A DNA stretch of 62,871 nt, filler included, from Platydemus manokwari (Eukaryota): the NCBI GenBank assembly GCA_037951405.1. It is 5 parts of 5 records of this genome, joined end to end, with 100 filler letters (N's around TTAATTAATTAA, not from the genome) between each part and the next. Parts side by side here need not be neighbours in the genome. Positions count along the whole stretch, not along the records: positions 20,903 to 40,415 come from JBBMOY011900275.1; 4 more parts are not named here. One strand, written 5' to 3'. The notes beneath the pieces are model-generated. The model ran no database searches and was not told where the DNA came from. It was given only the letters and a program-made list of their open reading frames with translations. Of this stretch, positions 25,871 to 39,979 are shown in pieces (the first letter of the stretch is position 1; each line of letters starts with the position of its first letter). A program made the translations under genes and the position numbers.

Positions 25871-28800
25871 TTATTTCTTCTTATTCAATGTTCTTTGTTT
25901 ATCACCACTTTCGATCAATTGCTTCCAAATATGAATGCCTTTCCTTTGTCTGATTGTATTGATATAGTTCTGGGTTCGAGCAACAAGTTCCGGGAAAATT
26001 CCAATATCACAATTTTCTGCTCGGTCTGCAATCGTTTTGTAGATATTCATATCGAGCAATGGTGAACAGTCCAACAATTCCCATAAAATTGTTTTCAACT
26101 GTGGTAAACCCACTTCACCACTGGTTTTCTTGCGCAATTTATCACCGAATCCAAATGATTCAATAACAGGAATTCTCGCTTCAACAATAAAGTTTCCAAG
26201 ATAAACTTCTTGATTCACAATATTGCCATGTAATTGATTAATGATGGAACTCAATTGCTTGTAAGTCGTAATACGTACCTATCAGATGGTTAGATAATAA
26301 TTAATTAATTATAATTAGAAAATTAATTATAATTATTTGTTTATAAAATTTCAAAATCCAAGTCAATTTTTAATATCGTAATAAGTTTATGAAAATAAAT
26401 TAAAAATGAATGTTTATCACAATATAAGAAATCCTTTAGTCAGCTCGTAACGTAGGAGAATATTTCCGAAATGAATCTATTATAAGTGTTTCCTAAATTT
26501 AAAAAAATATATTATCACCTTTAATTTATATAAAATAATATGTGATGTGATAAAGTAGTAAACAAATTAAATTCCCCAATAAATTCAATACAATAATTTG
26601 AATAACATGGATAATGCGAATATAATACATTTATTCACATACATATCATAATATATTTCGATATTGAATTGAAATTATGCGATAAATTTAAGAAATTTAA
26701 CCTTTCTAACAACTCAAAATCCAACCAAAAATTAATACTTCGATAACTAATTTTGTAAATCAATACAATCCATCTGATTCACATTCACAAAACACTATAT
26801 AATTGACTTGAAAAATAATATCCAATCTACATTCAACAATATAACCGACGATATTTATGAAATACGTAATTCCATCGATTAAATCATTATTATTGATTAG
26901 CTATTGCTATAGCAGTATTTGCTATCAATATGAACTGACTAATATTTGCTGCTTAGAAATTTTAACCAATTAATACTAATAAACAAATTTTTGTTGATTA
27001 GATATTGCGTAAAATGAAAATTATTCTAATTGGAATATATAGCTATGTTAGCAGGTCTTTTGTTTCATCTCATATTCAGAAATATTCTAGTGATTTATGA
27101 TGCAAAACTTGTGATGAATTTTTAATTTATTTTTATTAAGTCATTTGAAAATTTACTTATTAATAAGTATTTCACGATATAATGCATATTAATTTATAAA
27201 CTAATTAACACCAATATTAAACCAAATAACTTGCCTCTAAATCCAATTTGTACATAGCAATCATTAATCTAGCTCCAGGATGATACAACAAAGCTGCTTG
27301 ACAAGCCTTGGTAACAAGCCCACTCACTTGACCAGGATTACAAATCAATGAGCTGAATGAGTTGCCTCGATCGAAATTAACGACATCGCTTGCACCACTG
27401 CTTGAAGCTGACTCACTGCAATCGTTTTTATCTTGATTGCACCCTTCCAATACCTAATACGAATGATCGAATAAGAAAGACGTTAAAAAATGATATGAAT
27501 AGCTTGAATGGATCAATGAAATAAAATCAATAAGCTAATATATAGCTTAGATAGATAGATATTACTACCGTTTCATCGTTCGATTCCCAAATGCTATGCA
27601 CTATAAAAGCGGTGTTCTTCATAAATTCTTGACATATCGGTCCTTCTTTAAGAGCTTTTTGAAATCCTTTCTTGATCGATTGAGAAAACGGTCCAAATTG
27701 TTGATGATTGTGTGTATGTTCATTATCCAATGAAAAGATACCCGGCAATCCGACATAGCTAAAGAGCATGTTGCATTGAGTGGCATGATTATTCCCGATA
27801 GCACACAATTGATCCATCAATGCAGAATAATCCAAAGGAATGACGTCTGTATTTTCACACATTTCTTGTTCTTCTTTGGTGGCGTTTTCGAGACTGATTT
27901 TCAAAGAACCAATCATTTGATTCCGATGATCGATATCCTATTGATACGTGATTTCATTCAATGATGAAATTGATCGATAAATTTACCGATTTGGAGAGTT
28001 GATTTCCTGATTTAATAGCATCGTGCAATTGGCAGAACATGGCATAGTTATTTTCTATCCAATTCACAAGAGCCAATGGTAAGCTATGAATGCTCAATCG
28101 ACAACACAATTTGGTGCCAGTTCTCTGTAGGCGGCTATAAACCACTATCGATTCCCGAACACCTTGATGATCTTTGAATGCACTGAAATCGTTATCATTG
28201 GTGGAAATATTGCTGTTAATAAGTGTTTTCAGTTCTTGGGAAAGATCTCTGATTGATTGATAAAGTGTGACGTCACACATAGCTCGATGTACAACCGTTT
28301 CTCGAAATGGTACGATTGGTGAGGACACTTTGATCTCGATATGGGGAACGATTCTGGTGGTGAGTTCGTTAAGGCACTTTTGCAAATGAATCTCACCAGC
28401 TGCATACACGAGTAATTCACCGGTGGGCGAAACTGAAACCTAAATGACAACAGAGATGGTGATTATTATCTACAATCAAATGGAGATCGAATATTTTACA
28501 TTGACAATCGGGTCCGATTTCTCCAATAAATGCAATGCTTCTTGAAGTTCGTTGAGAAAGACGACATTTTCCGGTTGAATAGACACACATATAATGTTGC
28601 ATATGTCACTGTTTTGATGATTTTCATGTTGGGTAAACATTCCCAAACAATTACCCAAGCTGCAATTGGCAACTAAGGTGGCATTTTTATATGTTTGACT
28701 CAAATCAAAACCAGTAAACCCAACGACATGTCCAGCCGGAGCTCCATCTCTCAATAAGACCTGATCCTGGCCTCTGAATTGGTAAACATTCTCCAAACGT

Positions 28801-30578
28801 ATCACAGAGATATCTCCGTAATTAGTTTTGCCCGCATCGCCTTCATACACATTGATTGGACCTTCATCGAAATCGTTCGGATTTACATCCAGAAACAATT
28901 TGGACACTTTGAAGGGGTTGAATTTGGGAGCAAAGACAAACATTTTCAAATCGGCTCGAACCTGCCCGCTGTAAATTCTGCCCAAACCAATCAAATCGTT
29001 CTTGGAACTCGATTGGAACATAAATTTGCTGATGAACACAACCGTCGGAGCATCTTTGTCGGTAGATGCTTCTTTCAGGATTTGTTTTGCTTTCTCGAAC
29101 TTTTCATCGGGAACGAGTAATGCCAACTTTTCATCGTTGATGGCATCTCTTGGATTTGGACATTTTTCAACCAGAGTATCAAACAACACTGTTGGTAATG
29201 GCATCCAGCGGCGGAAAACGGTGCGAATGTTTTCGATTTGTGAAGACGAACCACGAGTGTTCTTTTTCAATTCAATTGAAATGTCCAACTTTGCCATCAT
29301 ACGAGTAACTTTATCAATTTCATTTGATCCGAAAGCACTCTGAAATTAATTTCATACATTATGGATTTTTAGATTTATTCATAATAATTCAAAGATAATT
29401 TTCAATACAAAATACAGTTTTAAATAAAACAAGTGATTTTAAAAATGTTCAATCATTTGTTTTAATCGTTGATATTATTGAGCAGCATTTCTTGAATTCT
29501 TAAATGAAACCAGGTAGAATCAAAATCTATCGGATATTCAATTGTGCTGAAATTCAATTGGCAATACACACAGACACACACAAAATCAACACATTGATAA
29601 ATAGAGGCACGCCTACACACATAAATTTAGTTAAAGTTGAAAACCAGTTATTTCGGAAATTTAAATAATTAAAATTAATCAAAAATTACATATATGTTCC
29701 AGATCTGATCAAGAATTAAGCTTGTAAATATATTTTTGCGATCATTTGCAGCTGCACCTTTGGTGATCTTCTTTTTAGAATTGATATAAAAATCGCCCCA
29801 CATCTTTTTAAATAACTCCAACTTATCAATTTCAAGTAATTTCGAGTATGTTGTTACGAAATCACTTATTCGAAATCCCCATTGATGAAATGCTGAACAG
29901 AAAATAACCTTTCCTTTTAAAGGATTGAATGGATTTGTATCATATTTTTGAGAAATATATTCAGCTGAAAATATAGTATCGGTTTTTTCTTCTTCCTCTC
30001 TAACATCCATAGATATCAGCTCTCCGATAATATGATGAACATCTTGAATAATTGATTCAAGTTTACGGTAGGCCTCACTAGAATCTAATTTTAATTCTAG
30101 GTACATCTTATCAATTTTATTTAAAACTAAAATAAAATTTAATCTTTCTTTCCAAGCTTGCTGAATAACAGTTCTAGTTTGTGAAGAAACGCCTTCAATA
30201 ACGTCGACTATAACAAAAGCATTATCAGAAATTTTTACTGCAGTCGACACTTCACCACTAAAATCAACATGGCCTGGAGAATCAATCAAATTAATAATAT
30301 AACTCTTATTTTCTTGATCATTTTTCAGCTTATTTTTATACAAATGTTTTAAGGATATACAACTAGATTTCATTGTAATTCCTCGCTCTTGCTCGTCTTG
30401 GGTACTATCCAAATGTCTTAAGTCACCAGCAGAATGTTTTGATATTACACCATTTGAATAAAGTAAATTATCAGCCAATGTTGTTTTACCTAGCATAAAA
30501 TAATCACTATTTAAGAGATCTTTATGCATTACCATGATCGACATGAGCTAAGATGCAAACATTTCTAATATACTCCAT
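25871..30578 (-). CDS. EFL1: Elongation factor-like GTPase 1 (EFL1/Ria1, 60S maturation), ~1048 aa; exons 30578-30533, 30489-29690, 29339-28500, 28439-27987, 27937-27569, 27453-27223, 26278-25871
   Basis: IRNVCILAHVDHGKTTLAD, EQERGITMKSS, INLIDSPGHVDFSGEVSTAV, NKID, AAGEIHLQKCL, ESFGFGDKLRKKTSG and C-terminal IRQRKG..KQRTLNKKK. The MKSS/VSTAV variants and the KQRTL tail favour EFL1 over eEF2. Exon phases are consistent. Confidence 0.93.
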
Positions 30579-32740
30579 AATATATGAAACCCAATATTTA
30601 TTATATATTTTAATTTAATTTATTTTTTGAAAATAAATTACTTTAAATGAATATATAAACAATTATTTTTAGATCGTATATGAAATTTTAAATAATTATA
30701 AACTTCAAATTCGCAAAAAATGACTTTGTAAAAATATTTTTAGAACAAAATTAATTCACTAAATATATACTTTGAAGCCTTTCATATTTTTTAAAATAGA
30801 AAAAGAACTAAAATAATTAGAAACATCAAGGAGATCCATTAAAGATGCCTGAAAATTAGCTTCAAAATGACATTCAGAATAGACCAAAAATTAAAAATAA
30901 AAAACAAAATATAAACAGTAAAATAAAAAAATATATTAAGAAAATAGTTGTATAAAAAATTATGTGATAATAAATAAAGTATAAATCAAAGTGTATTAAT
31001 ACAAACAATAAAGAATAACAAAATAACAGGTCAAGCAATTATAACCCAATTTAAAATAATTGATACGTACAAATCATCTATTTAAGAGTGTGAGAGATAT
31101 AAGAATTTCACCCAAAATGAAATCATGTACACATTGGATAAGAAATGCAACAAAGTCTACAAGTGATATTATCTTTCAATATTATTTTTCGATATTACTG
31201 TTCTATTTCTTCTCAGTTACAGTTATTTAACACAATTTCAAATTAATTCGTAATTATTAGTAAGTCATTCTTTAATTATAAATCTCAAAATTTTCTAGGA
31301 CAAACAAGCCAAAGTTCTTTTTATTTTTTTATAATTAACAAAATGCCTATTTTTTGCTTCTGTTTTCTTCCAAACATATTTGCTATTCGTTGGTTATGGT
31401 GCTTTTTGTTATTATTCGTTTTTATAACCGCATTAAATAAATTATTTTATATCTTAAAATATTTTCTTTCATAACACATATATCTTTTATAGACGTCACA
31501 AATTTCATCATATTGTTTTTGAAATACTTTGTGAATGTTGAATCCATCAGCATCTAAATAGATATGATGAATATAATAAAATATAATATATAACAATTTT
31601 AAATATTTTACAAAATGTAAAAAACATCTTAATTGGACTCAGTCAATTGGTCTTTATTTTTCAGCCTTACTCTGCAGTTAATTAAACATTATCAGAATGT
31701 CATGCTCCAAGGCAATCACTTGCTAAAATGGACTCATTCAGATAGCCTTGGTTTCCGCTAATTATGATAAAACATGAATTGCTTAGTCAGATGACCATAT
31801 ACTCAAAAACAAGGACAAGTTTGAGAAAGCAAACCAGAATAAAGCATATCAAGCCAAAATATGAAAACAAGAACGGTCAAATTATATAAGCTTAATACTG
31901 TGACATATGTTTCAAAAAATTATCAAATAAAATACGTTTTTACTAACTACGTAGGGTCATTTGAAGTGCATTATTCATTATACAACAATCATCACAACAT
32001 GAGATAATTAATTTTAAAAAATAGTTAATAATCCAGTTCAAAACTATTTTTATGGTAATTAGTTTCCAGTTTGCTGTTACTGAAGAATATTCCTTTGAAT
32101 TCTGTTGTTGTATATGAGTATAAAATCATTCCCTGATAATCGCGCCAAAATTTACCCGGTCATTAGTTCTCTATCAAAAAAATGTACAAAAAATTCAAAA
32201 CTTTGACCAGCATGCTTGTATGATAAACTAGCTAAATATATTTATCGTCATATATGATGAAACAGAATTGACAGATTTAAGTTCTAATAGTTTGTCATTA
32301 TACAGATTACTGGAATCCTTCCAGGGCTTGTAAATAAACATATACATAGATGCACAATAATATGTTTTTTTTAATACTGATAATAATGATAATGACGTTG
32401 AAAATAATATTTAATAAAATGATAAACATTGTTCTCTCCTTTTGAAATTATTCGAGGCTAACCATAAAATTAAAAAAATGCATTATACGGAATTTTTCAT
32501 AAGAAAATGATGGATAACCTGACCACTGACTGAGATGACTAATTTAAATACGTTAAGATTATAGTTTATGTATATTTAACTGCTAAACTTAACTCATTCA
32601 CCAACTCGTGAAATTTCTTATTCGTCTCGAGTTCGTCTAGCTGTTCTGAATTCCTATTCATTCCAGTAACCTTTGCATAACATTCAACTTATTGTTACGT
32701 TTCTTGCTCTTGGAGCGATCTGATTATTATTTCGGTTGAG

Positions 32741-33714
32741 TGTAAATCGAGATGTTTTAGATAATGGTGATTTATTATTTTTATTATTAACAATTAACAA
32801 TCAATAAATAACAATCAAATATCAATAACCAAATATCAATAATCAAATATCAATAATCAAATTTCAATAATCAAATATCAATAATCAAATATCAATAGTC
32901 AAGAAGACTATGGTTAAATATGCACTAAATATATATTGTTATTTAAAACTGAATATACGATTTCAATGAGCAGATAAAATATTCGCAACACAAAATGGAT
33001 ACTCTCAACAATAACCAAGGGTGAATTTGGCTCTATGAATTTTAATTTTCTTATGTTTATGCTCAAAGCCGTAGCGACTTGAGCCCTGTTTATGCTTTGA
33101 ATTATTAAGTAGTAAGGCACTAATATAGCGGCTACTTACTATTGATGCTGACCAAATTTGATTTAAGAGTTTTGTTTTTGTTAAAAAAGTTAAAATGATT
33201 AATGTGAAATATGATAACTAATGTAAAGTTTACTTGATTATTTTTGCAAACGAACTTCGACGATTGATTTTTAGGCGACTGAGTTTGAAGCAGATAAATT
33301 TCGGGTTTCGGATAATGTATTTCAGATAAGAAATTTCGGATTTCGAAGAATATGTGGCGAACTAAATAATTTCTTTTAGGATTATACAAATTTGCGTCCA
33401 CGTAGTTTTGTGCTCGCCACTGTTGTTGTTTTCGCTATTTATATGTGGAGGTTTTGTAGGTGTTTTTCCTAACTCCCACATTTAATACTATATTTGGGCA
33501 TTTTATTTTAAGTTTTGTGGGTAACTACTATATTTAGACATTTTATTTTATTTTAGGTTTAATTAATTTTATTTTTAGAAAGTTCGTTATCTCTTTTTTT
33601 ACGAACGTTATAGATTTTAAGATTTTTGGGTTTTGTGGACGCAAAGTAAAAAAAAATTTATTTAATTTATTATGGTTTATTATTATCTATTATAAGGCTT
33701 GGGCCATCCTTACA
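32741..33714 (-). mobile_element. Possible solo LTR / LTR-like repeat (~970 bp)
   Basis: TGTAA...TTACA inverted termini; - strand TATA-like CATATAAATAG near 33440; internal inverted (TTTGCGTCCAC/GTGGACGCAAA) and direct repeats. No TSD found, so boundaries are uncertain. Confidence 0.35.
32813..32896 (+). repeat. Tandem repeat, 6 x 14 bp (AATCAAATATCAAT)
   Basis: Six consecutive units, two with a single substitution. Confidence 0.9.
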
Positions 33715-35170
33715 GTAAAGTCTTTCACTATTATGAATTTCGAGTTCGCTAATCTAGCATTGACGGTCGCATTTCCTCATTCCATTCTTTTAAAATGTCC
33801 GATGTTGTACTCATGATCAACTATTAAGATTCCAAACTTCCTCTAACCAAATTAATTTATTGTTATTTGAAAATAAGTTGGTCCTTGCATATCATTTGTA
33901 TATGCAAAACTCGATACTCTTTGAGATATTTCTGCGCTTTCGTAGATTTTGGCAAGAAAATAAATAAATCTGAGGTTTTGTCAAAAGAGCTTAATTGATG
34001 CATCTGCTTCGCACTGTCTATGAAACAATATCTTTAACAAAATGGTTTCACGAGTCAAGCCTGAATTAATAACAGATTCCATCAGTTCGTGAAATCTAAT
34101 CCCAAATGTGGTGATTCAATAATTATCATTTTGTTGAAATCTAGCTAATTTAACAATTAAATCAGTCTTATACTTTTTATCTAAACTATCTTATGTATTC
34201 TTCTTTAGTTTCTTCATTCTTCGAAGATAATAATAGGTCAAAAACATTGATGATATTAAACTTATCGAGTTATTAAACTGTTGGGTTATCAAACAACAAT
34301 TTGAATCTACAAATCTATATTAACCAAAATAATATACTCAAAGTCTCAATAATAGCAATAACAAAACTTTATGCAATTCACTAAAAATATCATTTAAGGT
34401 GGGATCAGCGCCAGAAAGTCAAAAACAGAATAAAGAGTAATCAAAAAGACTGATTACTGAAATCACACATAATCTAAGCACTAAAGTTACAGACCAAAAA
34501 AGACTGGCAAGAATCCATGGAATTCAGCCTCCTTTATGGACCCATCGGGTGTGTCTTCTTGATGTTACGGATCTTCGTTTTCAATTCGCTGACTTTGTTT
34601 GTGGATCGATTTACTTGAGATTTTCCTTCTATCTCTCATGTCATTGGTAGATATTTGAGCTTGCTGCCGTTTGTAGACTTTTGCCTGTCGATTCTTAGCT
34701 TCTTAATAAGGATTAACATTAGAACGAATCTGATTGGTTAACGGCACGTGTATTTATCGAGTTTGTGTGTACTAACCATTTTTAGGGTTTTTCCTTGGTT
34801 CTTGGAACCCTTTTGATTGATTTGTGATATTCAGATCTTATCCGTCATAATTTCGCACACTAGTCTCTATCTTGTGCTTTCTTAAGTAGCGACTTTGTAT
34901 ATTAGACCAGTTTTTTTCAAAATATTTTTTTATTTTATATGAACTTAGAAAACTCCTGATATATTTAATAATCAAATATTAACTGTACATTGTAATATTA
35001 AGAGTATATTGTATGTGAAAATTTAGATTTCAAAACTTTAAGTCCAATGCAATGAACAATTTATATTTTAAATTAAATTTATTTCTATCATCTTGTATTA
35101 AACTATAAGATTTTCCAAAGATTTATTAGATATGTTCTTGCATTGTAAATTTTTAATAGAAATTAAAAAT

Positions 35171-35689
35171 TTATATCTTTCTACCTTTTTTGAAAGAAAT
35201 CTCAGATTTCTTAATATTATCTAAATTCATACATTTTATTGCAACAAAACAATTATTATTTCTATTTCCATGTTTAAGATCATTTGAAAAATAATTCTTA
35301 GGAAAATATGGCTTTATATTTTCTCGTACAATTGAATTTTGAAAATTTCCAGTCAAATTTATTGACTTTAAATCGTTATGATCTGCTAAACTATTATTAT
35401 TATTCGGCACTTTTAAACATTGATCTGTTTGATTTAGGTCAATCTTAATTTTGTCTTTAGCAGTTTCATTATTTATAATTTCCTCGTTGTTAACTTTATC
35501 ATAATTCATTTCTTCAGTTCCATCTGCTTTGTCACCTGCGGAATTATTTTTATTATCTTTGTCATTTGATGAATCTTTAAGTTCCTTGAATTTCTCTGAG
35601 AGGGGTTTCGTTTTATTTCGACAGTACGGATTTGATTTTCGAAAATCATCACTATTCATATATGTTTGATCATACATAACTTTGTCCAT
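35171..35689 (-). pseudogene. Asn/Lys/Asp-rich 172-codon ORF of unknown identity; probably the tail of a decayed longer frame (TE- or pseudogene-derived)
   Basis: Unusually long ORF for this AT content; upstream sequence to ~35985 continues with similar composition but with stops and a frameshift; no recognisable domain. Confidence 0.3.
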
Positions 35690-35989
35690 TGAAAATTGAT
35701 TGAATTATAAGTATAAATTTGAATCTATATCTTAATAATCAATGTTGAGTTTATGAAACCAATATTGAAATTGTGTATGTTACGTTTGGGTCTTATGGTT
35801 TTTGATATGATAATGTTTACTTTTAAGGACACGATGTGATTGAGCTATTAACGAGTTAATCAGTTTCTTGAGTTCTATTAAAAAGGCTCCTTGTGTAACA
35901 ATACCCATGATAATAATTATTCTTATTATGCTCAAGCTACGGTGAAAATTCAAAATTATAATTATAAGATGCCATATAATCATATCATC

Positions 35990-36137
35990 TGTGAATATTT
36001 TAAGTTTAAAATATTTTATAAATTATTATCAAAACATGTTAATTTGCATAAATAATTAATAAATAAATATAGAATTCGGTGTTGTTACTTTTCAAGTACT
36101 TTCCAATGCGTCATTTATTAAATAGTATCAGCTTATA
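35990..36137 (+). mobile_element. Diverged solo LTR of the TRIM-like family (opposite orientation)
   Basis: Reverse complement reads TATAAGCTGATACTATTTAATAAATGACGCATTGGAAAGTACTTGAAAAGTAACAACACCGAATT...AAAATATTCACA, colinear with the LTRs at 45907 and 55563. Confidence 0.6.
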
Positions 36138-36508
36138 TGTTCAAGAAAAACTCAATAGCAAGGTCAATTAACAGTTCACAACAGGATCAGCACCCGAAAG
36201 ATAAAACAGCGACAGGAATTAACGATCGTAAAAGACTGGTAGAGATACAAAGTTTTCCAACCATGACAAACTTGTTGTTCTTGGCAAAAATCGATGTTAT
36301 TTCACACTTTATTAAATTGATTAATTTAAAAAATGTTCTAGAACATTAGTATATTTACTAATTTTCATTTCATTAAAACATCGACGGGTTTTGGATCTAT
36401 GTACACAATCTATTAAACAGATACTAACATACTTATTTTGAGATAAAAACAATCATTCCCAAGTCATTTTTAAAAATAAAAATCTTAGATATAGTTCCAT
36501 TTACTTCC

Positions 36509-36722
36509 AAAAAAGGGGTACTCTCCTAATTTTCAATTAATTTTTTCAAATAATTAAAATTTAGATTTTAAAAATCCTGTGTATATATTATTTGATTCTA
36601 AACCACTAAAAAATTTTTCATGTAAATAAAAAATCCAAAATGTTTTTAAAGAATTTTATTAAATAAACTATATAGATTTTTGTATTACTCCACAAAATAA
36701 AATTTTTATTTTAGGACACTTT
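36509..36722. mobile_element. Second, inverted and eroded copy of the 1684-1953 MITE family
   Basis: Shares colinear blocks in reverse complement (AAAAGGGG, CTAATTTTCAATTAATT, TTTAAAAATCCTGTG, TATTATTTGATTC, TATATAGATTTTTG, ACTCCACAA, TTTTAGGAC). Confidence 0.6.
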
Positions 36723-36892
36723 GATATCAGCTCTTCCCAATCGTGTTACATTTAAAAAGTTTTTCTTCAATATATTATCATAGGACAATGAATTATAATA
36801 AATTATTATACAATATGAAAAATTATCAATTTAATTATAGAAAAATTCAAAAAAATAACGATTGAAATTTTATTCAAGCAACAATTAAGAAA

Positions 36893-37764
36893 TCAATCCT
36901 TTTCTGCAATAGCTGTAAGATATTCATCAACTCTTTCATCAGGCAAAACACTAAATTTATATTATCAATAAAAATGTGAATTTATGGAATTACTGAAAAT
37001 TTGGGAATTCCTTTGTAACAATGCCGATTTCTAATTCACCAACTTTAAAATCTACTGACTGAACATAAGATAAACAATTTATCGCCACCTCAATAGCTTC
37101 GTCTAGTGAAAATTCTTTATTTTTGCGCAACTTCTTTTCCAGATAGCTTTTAGCTTCTAATTGTTTACTACCAACAGCGACGGCTCTGTGTCCTGCAACA
37201 AAGCCACTTGGATCAGTTTTAAATAATAAAGCTTTATCCAATTCCTTATCATAAGACAATGCAATCATTGAACATCCCAATGGTCTCATTTCAGCTGACT
37301 GGGTGTATAATTGATTTATATCAGCAATACATCGACAAATTGAATCACAAGGCATGTCGTATCTAATATGATTATTAAGTTTGAAATCACATTATAAAAA
37401 TGTACCCATTCTTATATTTAAATCGCATAGCTTCCATTTGTGCCCTCATCACCTGAGACCTACAATCAGGAATCATTCCAGTCATAACACATCCAGTGCT
37501 TTTTGTTATATTGAATAAGCGAGTAGCAGAAGACTTTTCTATCATTTTATCAGGAATTTTTCTTTGAGTAGCAACAACTCCACAATTAAGTCCTCTAACA
37601 CCAACTGAAAGTAACCCATCCAAAGCAATAGCTTTGAAAGCGTATTCTTAAATGAAATATAAATTTGAATATAACTTAAAATAATACTAACCAACTTGAA
37701 AAAGCCTCCCTTCGGGAGAAAAAATTGTCATATATCGATCAAAACCGCTGGAACCAGATGTCAT
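36893..37764 (-). CDS. PSMA6: Proteasome 20S subunit alpha type-6 (alpha1), 246 aa; exons 37764-37692, 37646-37406, 37362-36994, 36950-36893
   Basis: [77 protein letters not shown], YLEKK, ending YLTAIAEKD*; introns of 45, 43 and 43 nt. Confidence 0.96.
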
Positions 37765-39979
37765 TTTCTGTTTTAACAAAGCAAAATTTGAAAATTAAAT
37801 TTGATAGTTAATTAATTAAACAAATAGTAAATATAAAAATCTTTTGAATAAATTTTAATATTGATAGGTTAATTCATTTTAAAATTTTAAATAATAAGTT
37901 TATCATATTTTTTAAATATACGAGTTTTATATGCTCACACACACTCACTTACTTAATTATTTTAATTTAATATCACATGAATTTTCGAATATAAGATTCT
38001 GTCAAATTAATTATTTAATTAAAATTAAAAAAATTCCTAATAATTTTTCCAAAATTTTCATTTCTTTCGAATGTTAAATTAAAAAATAAATACCATCTTT
38101 TACAGACGTGTTTCAATTATATTTACATCTCTTGATATTCCGTATTAAACATTGTATATCATACTTAATGATTTATATTCAACCAGGAAAAGGGAATTAA
38201 CTTAGTGAAATGGCAAATCAAGAAGGACTAAAACTATTAATTTTAATAAATAATGACATTTAAGAAAATTAATTTAATTTCATTATTTTAAGAAAATTCT
38301 TCATTTTTTTCGTTGATTTCTGTCATCATAGTTATAAAAACTTTCAATGAAATTTCACGAATTTTGAACAATGCTTGCGACGACATAACTCAATTTTATC
38401 ATATGAATTAATACAAAAATGTATTAACACATGATTGTTTAAATTAATAAGTACATAGCAATCTAAAAATAATATTTGAATAAATAAGAATGCAAGAAAT
38501 AAATAAACTTACATTGCTATTACTCATGTGGATATCACTCAAAATTTGTAAAATTACTATAACACCAAATGTATAGGCTTTTTTGACAACACTTTGTGAC
38601 ATGTATGGAAAAATGAAATTATAAAGCTGAATATAAACACCTTATAGTATTAAGTTAAAAAATTTGCTTATACTAAAATTTTAATGGGAAATTTCCAATC
38701 ATTAGAATCTTACAGATAGGCAATCTGTCAAGAGTCTATGGTAAACATGAAGTTAAAAAAATATATTTTATCTATTTCTTTCAATCTCAAATAGATTCCT
38801 AATAGGACTCAGCTGTGTAAACTAAATTTTATTTTCTATTCTTATTTTTAATTTTTTAACTAATCATATGTATTCGAGTGACATAACTTGCCGTTATGAT
38901 AATAATATTATCTGAGGACGTTATCTTTAAATATTACTATTTTAGTCATAATTTGTTTTCTCTTTGTTATGTACAATTATGGCAAGAAAAACAATGCATG
39001 GCATTAAAAAAATAACAGTAGAGAACCTTTACGAGTGACTCATCTGCTCCTATATAAGACATTGACCGCAAATATTAAGAACACAATTAAGATTCAATTA
39101 TGGAATGATAATAGTGGGCATAAGAATACAATTATGCTTTGATTACGTACTAGCAGATGTAAAATTGTTTCGTACAAGTGATCAATAATTCGTTCATACC
39201 TAGTTATATGTCGCTGGAAATTTACTAAATCATAGCCAAGTGTACTGAAAAGTGCTAAGATTTAATGATTGTAAAATAATATTAACCTATATATACGAGG
39301 AAAGAGAAAATCTCACAAAATTAAAACGACTTTGCAACGTGGAGCTCTTCTTAAGGCAATTTAAGCATTGAATGCCCACACAATAATAAAGGCATAGGAA
39401 CCAACCTACCAAAGAGGAATCAAATGGAAAATTCAAATTCGGAAAAACTACACCGTGATATACATTGGGATTGACCAAACCCGAGTTTATAAAATCACTA
39501 AATCCAATTGGAAATAAAAAATCAAATCAAAACGTGATACACAAATTATACACAAATCTTAAGTATAAATGCTATTGCTGACACTCATTTTGAAGTTGAT
39601 TTTAATGTCATTGTTTTGTATTTATCTATGAAGTATTTTGTTGAAATCTAGAGTCATTTGTGCACGTACTGATTAGTTAGATTCAATAAAATATAAATAG
39701 CAAACTTTTTCTAAAAAGCTTATCGAGTACTATATATTCTCAAATATTAAAATTGTTTTAGTATCATGAACAGTTTTAATAAATAAATTATAATGAAATT
39801 CCTATCCATATTACAGTATCTATAATAAAATATTATCTTAGGCCATTCACGTTGCCTTCGAGCAAGTTGTTAAACCTCGAGGTTAGATTTAAATCCTGCA
39901 TGAGGGCTAGAAAACTCAAAAGAGATTGATAAAACGTAAATAGTCTTGGTAATATAGTTTTGGTTTTACAAATAAAATT

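Noticed and set aside
27619-29343. Several overlapping or antisense ORFs
   Set aside because: Shadow frames of the GC-richer EFL1 exons.
32813-32896. Repeat array considered as CRISPR-like
   Set aside because: Head-to-tail 14-mers without spacers in eukaryotic DNA; a simple minisatellite.
39841-39910. tRNA-sized segment with T-loop-like GATTTAAATCC
   Set aside because: No consistent cloverleaf or A box; at most a very decayed tRNA-derived fragment.
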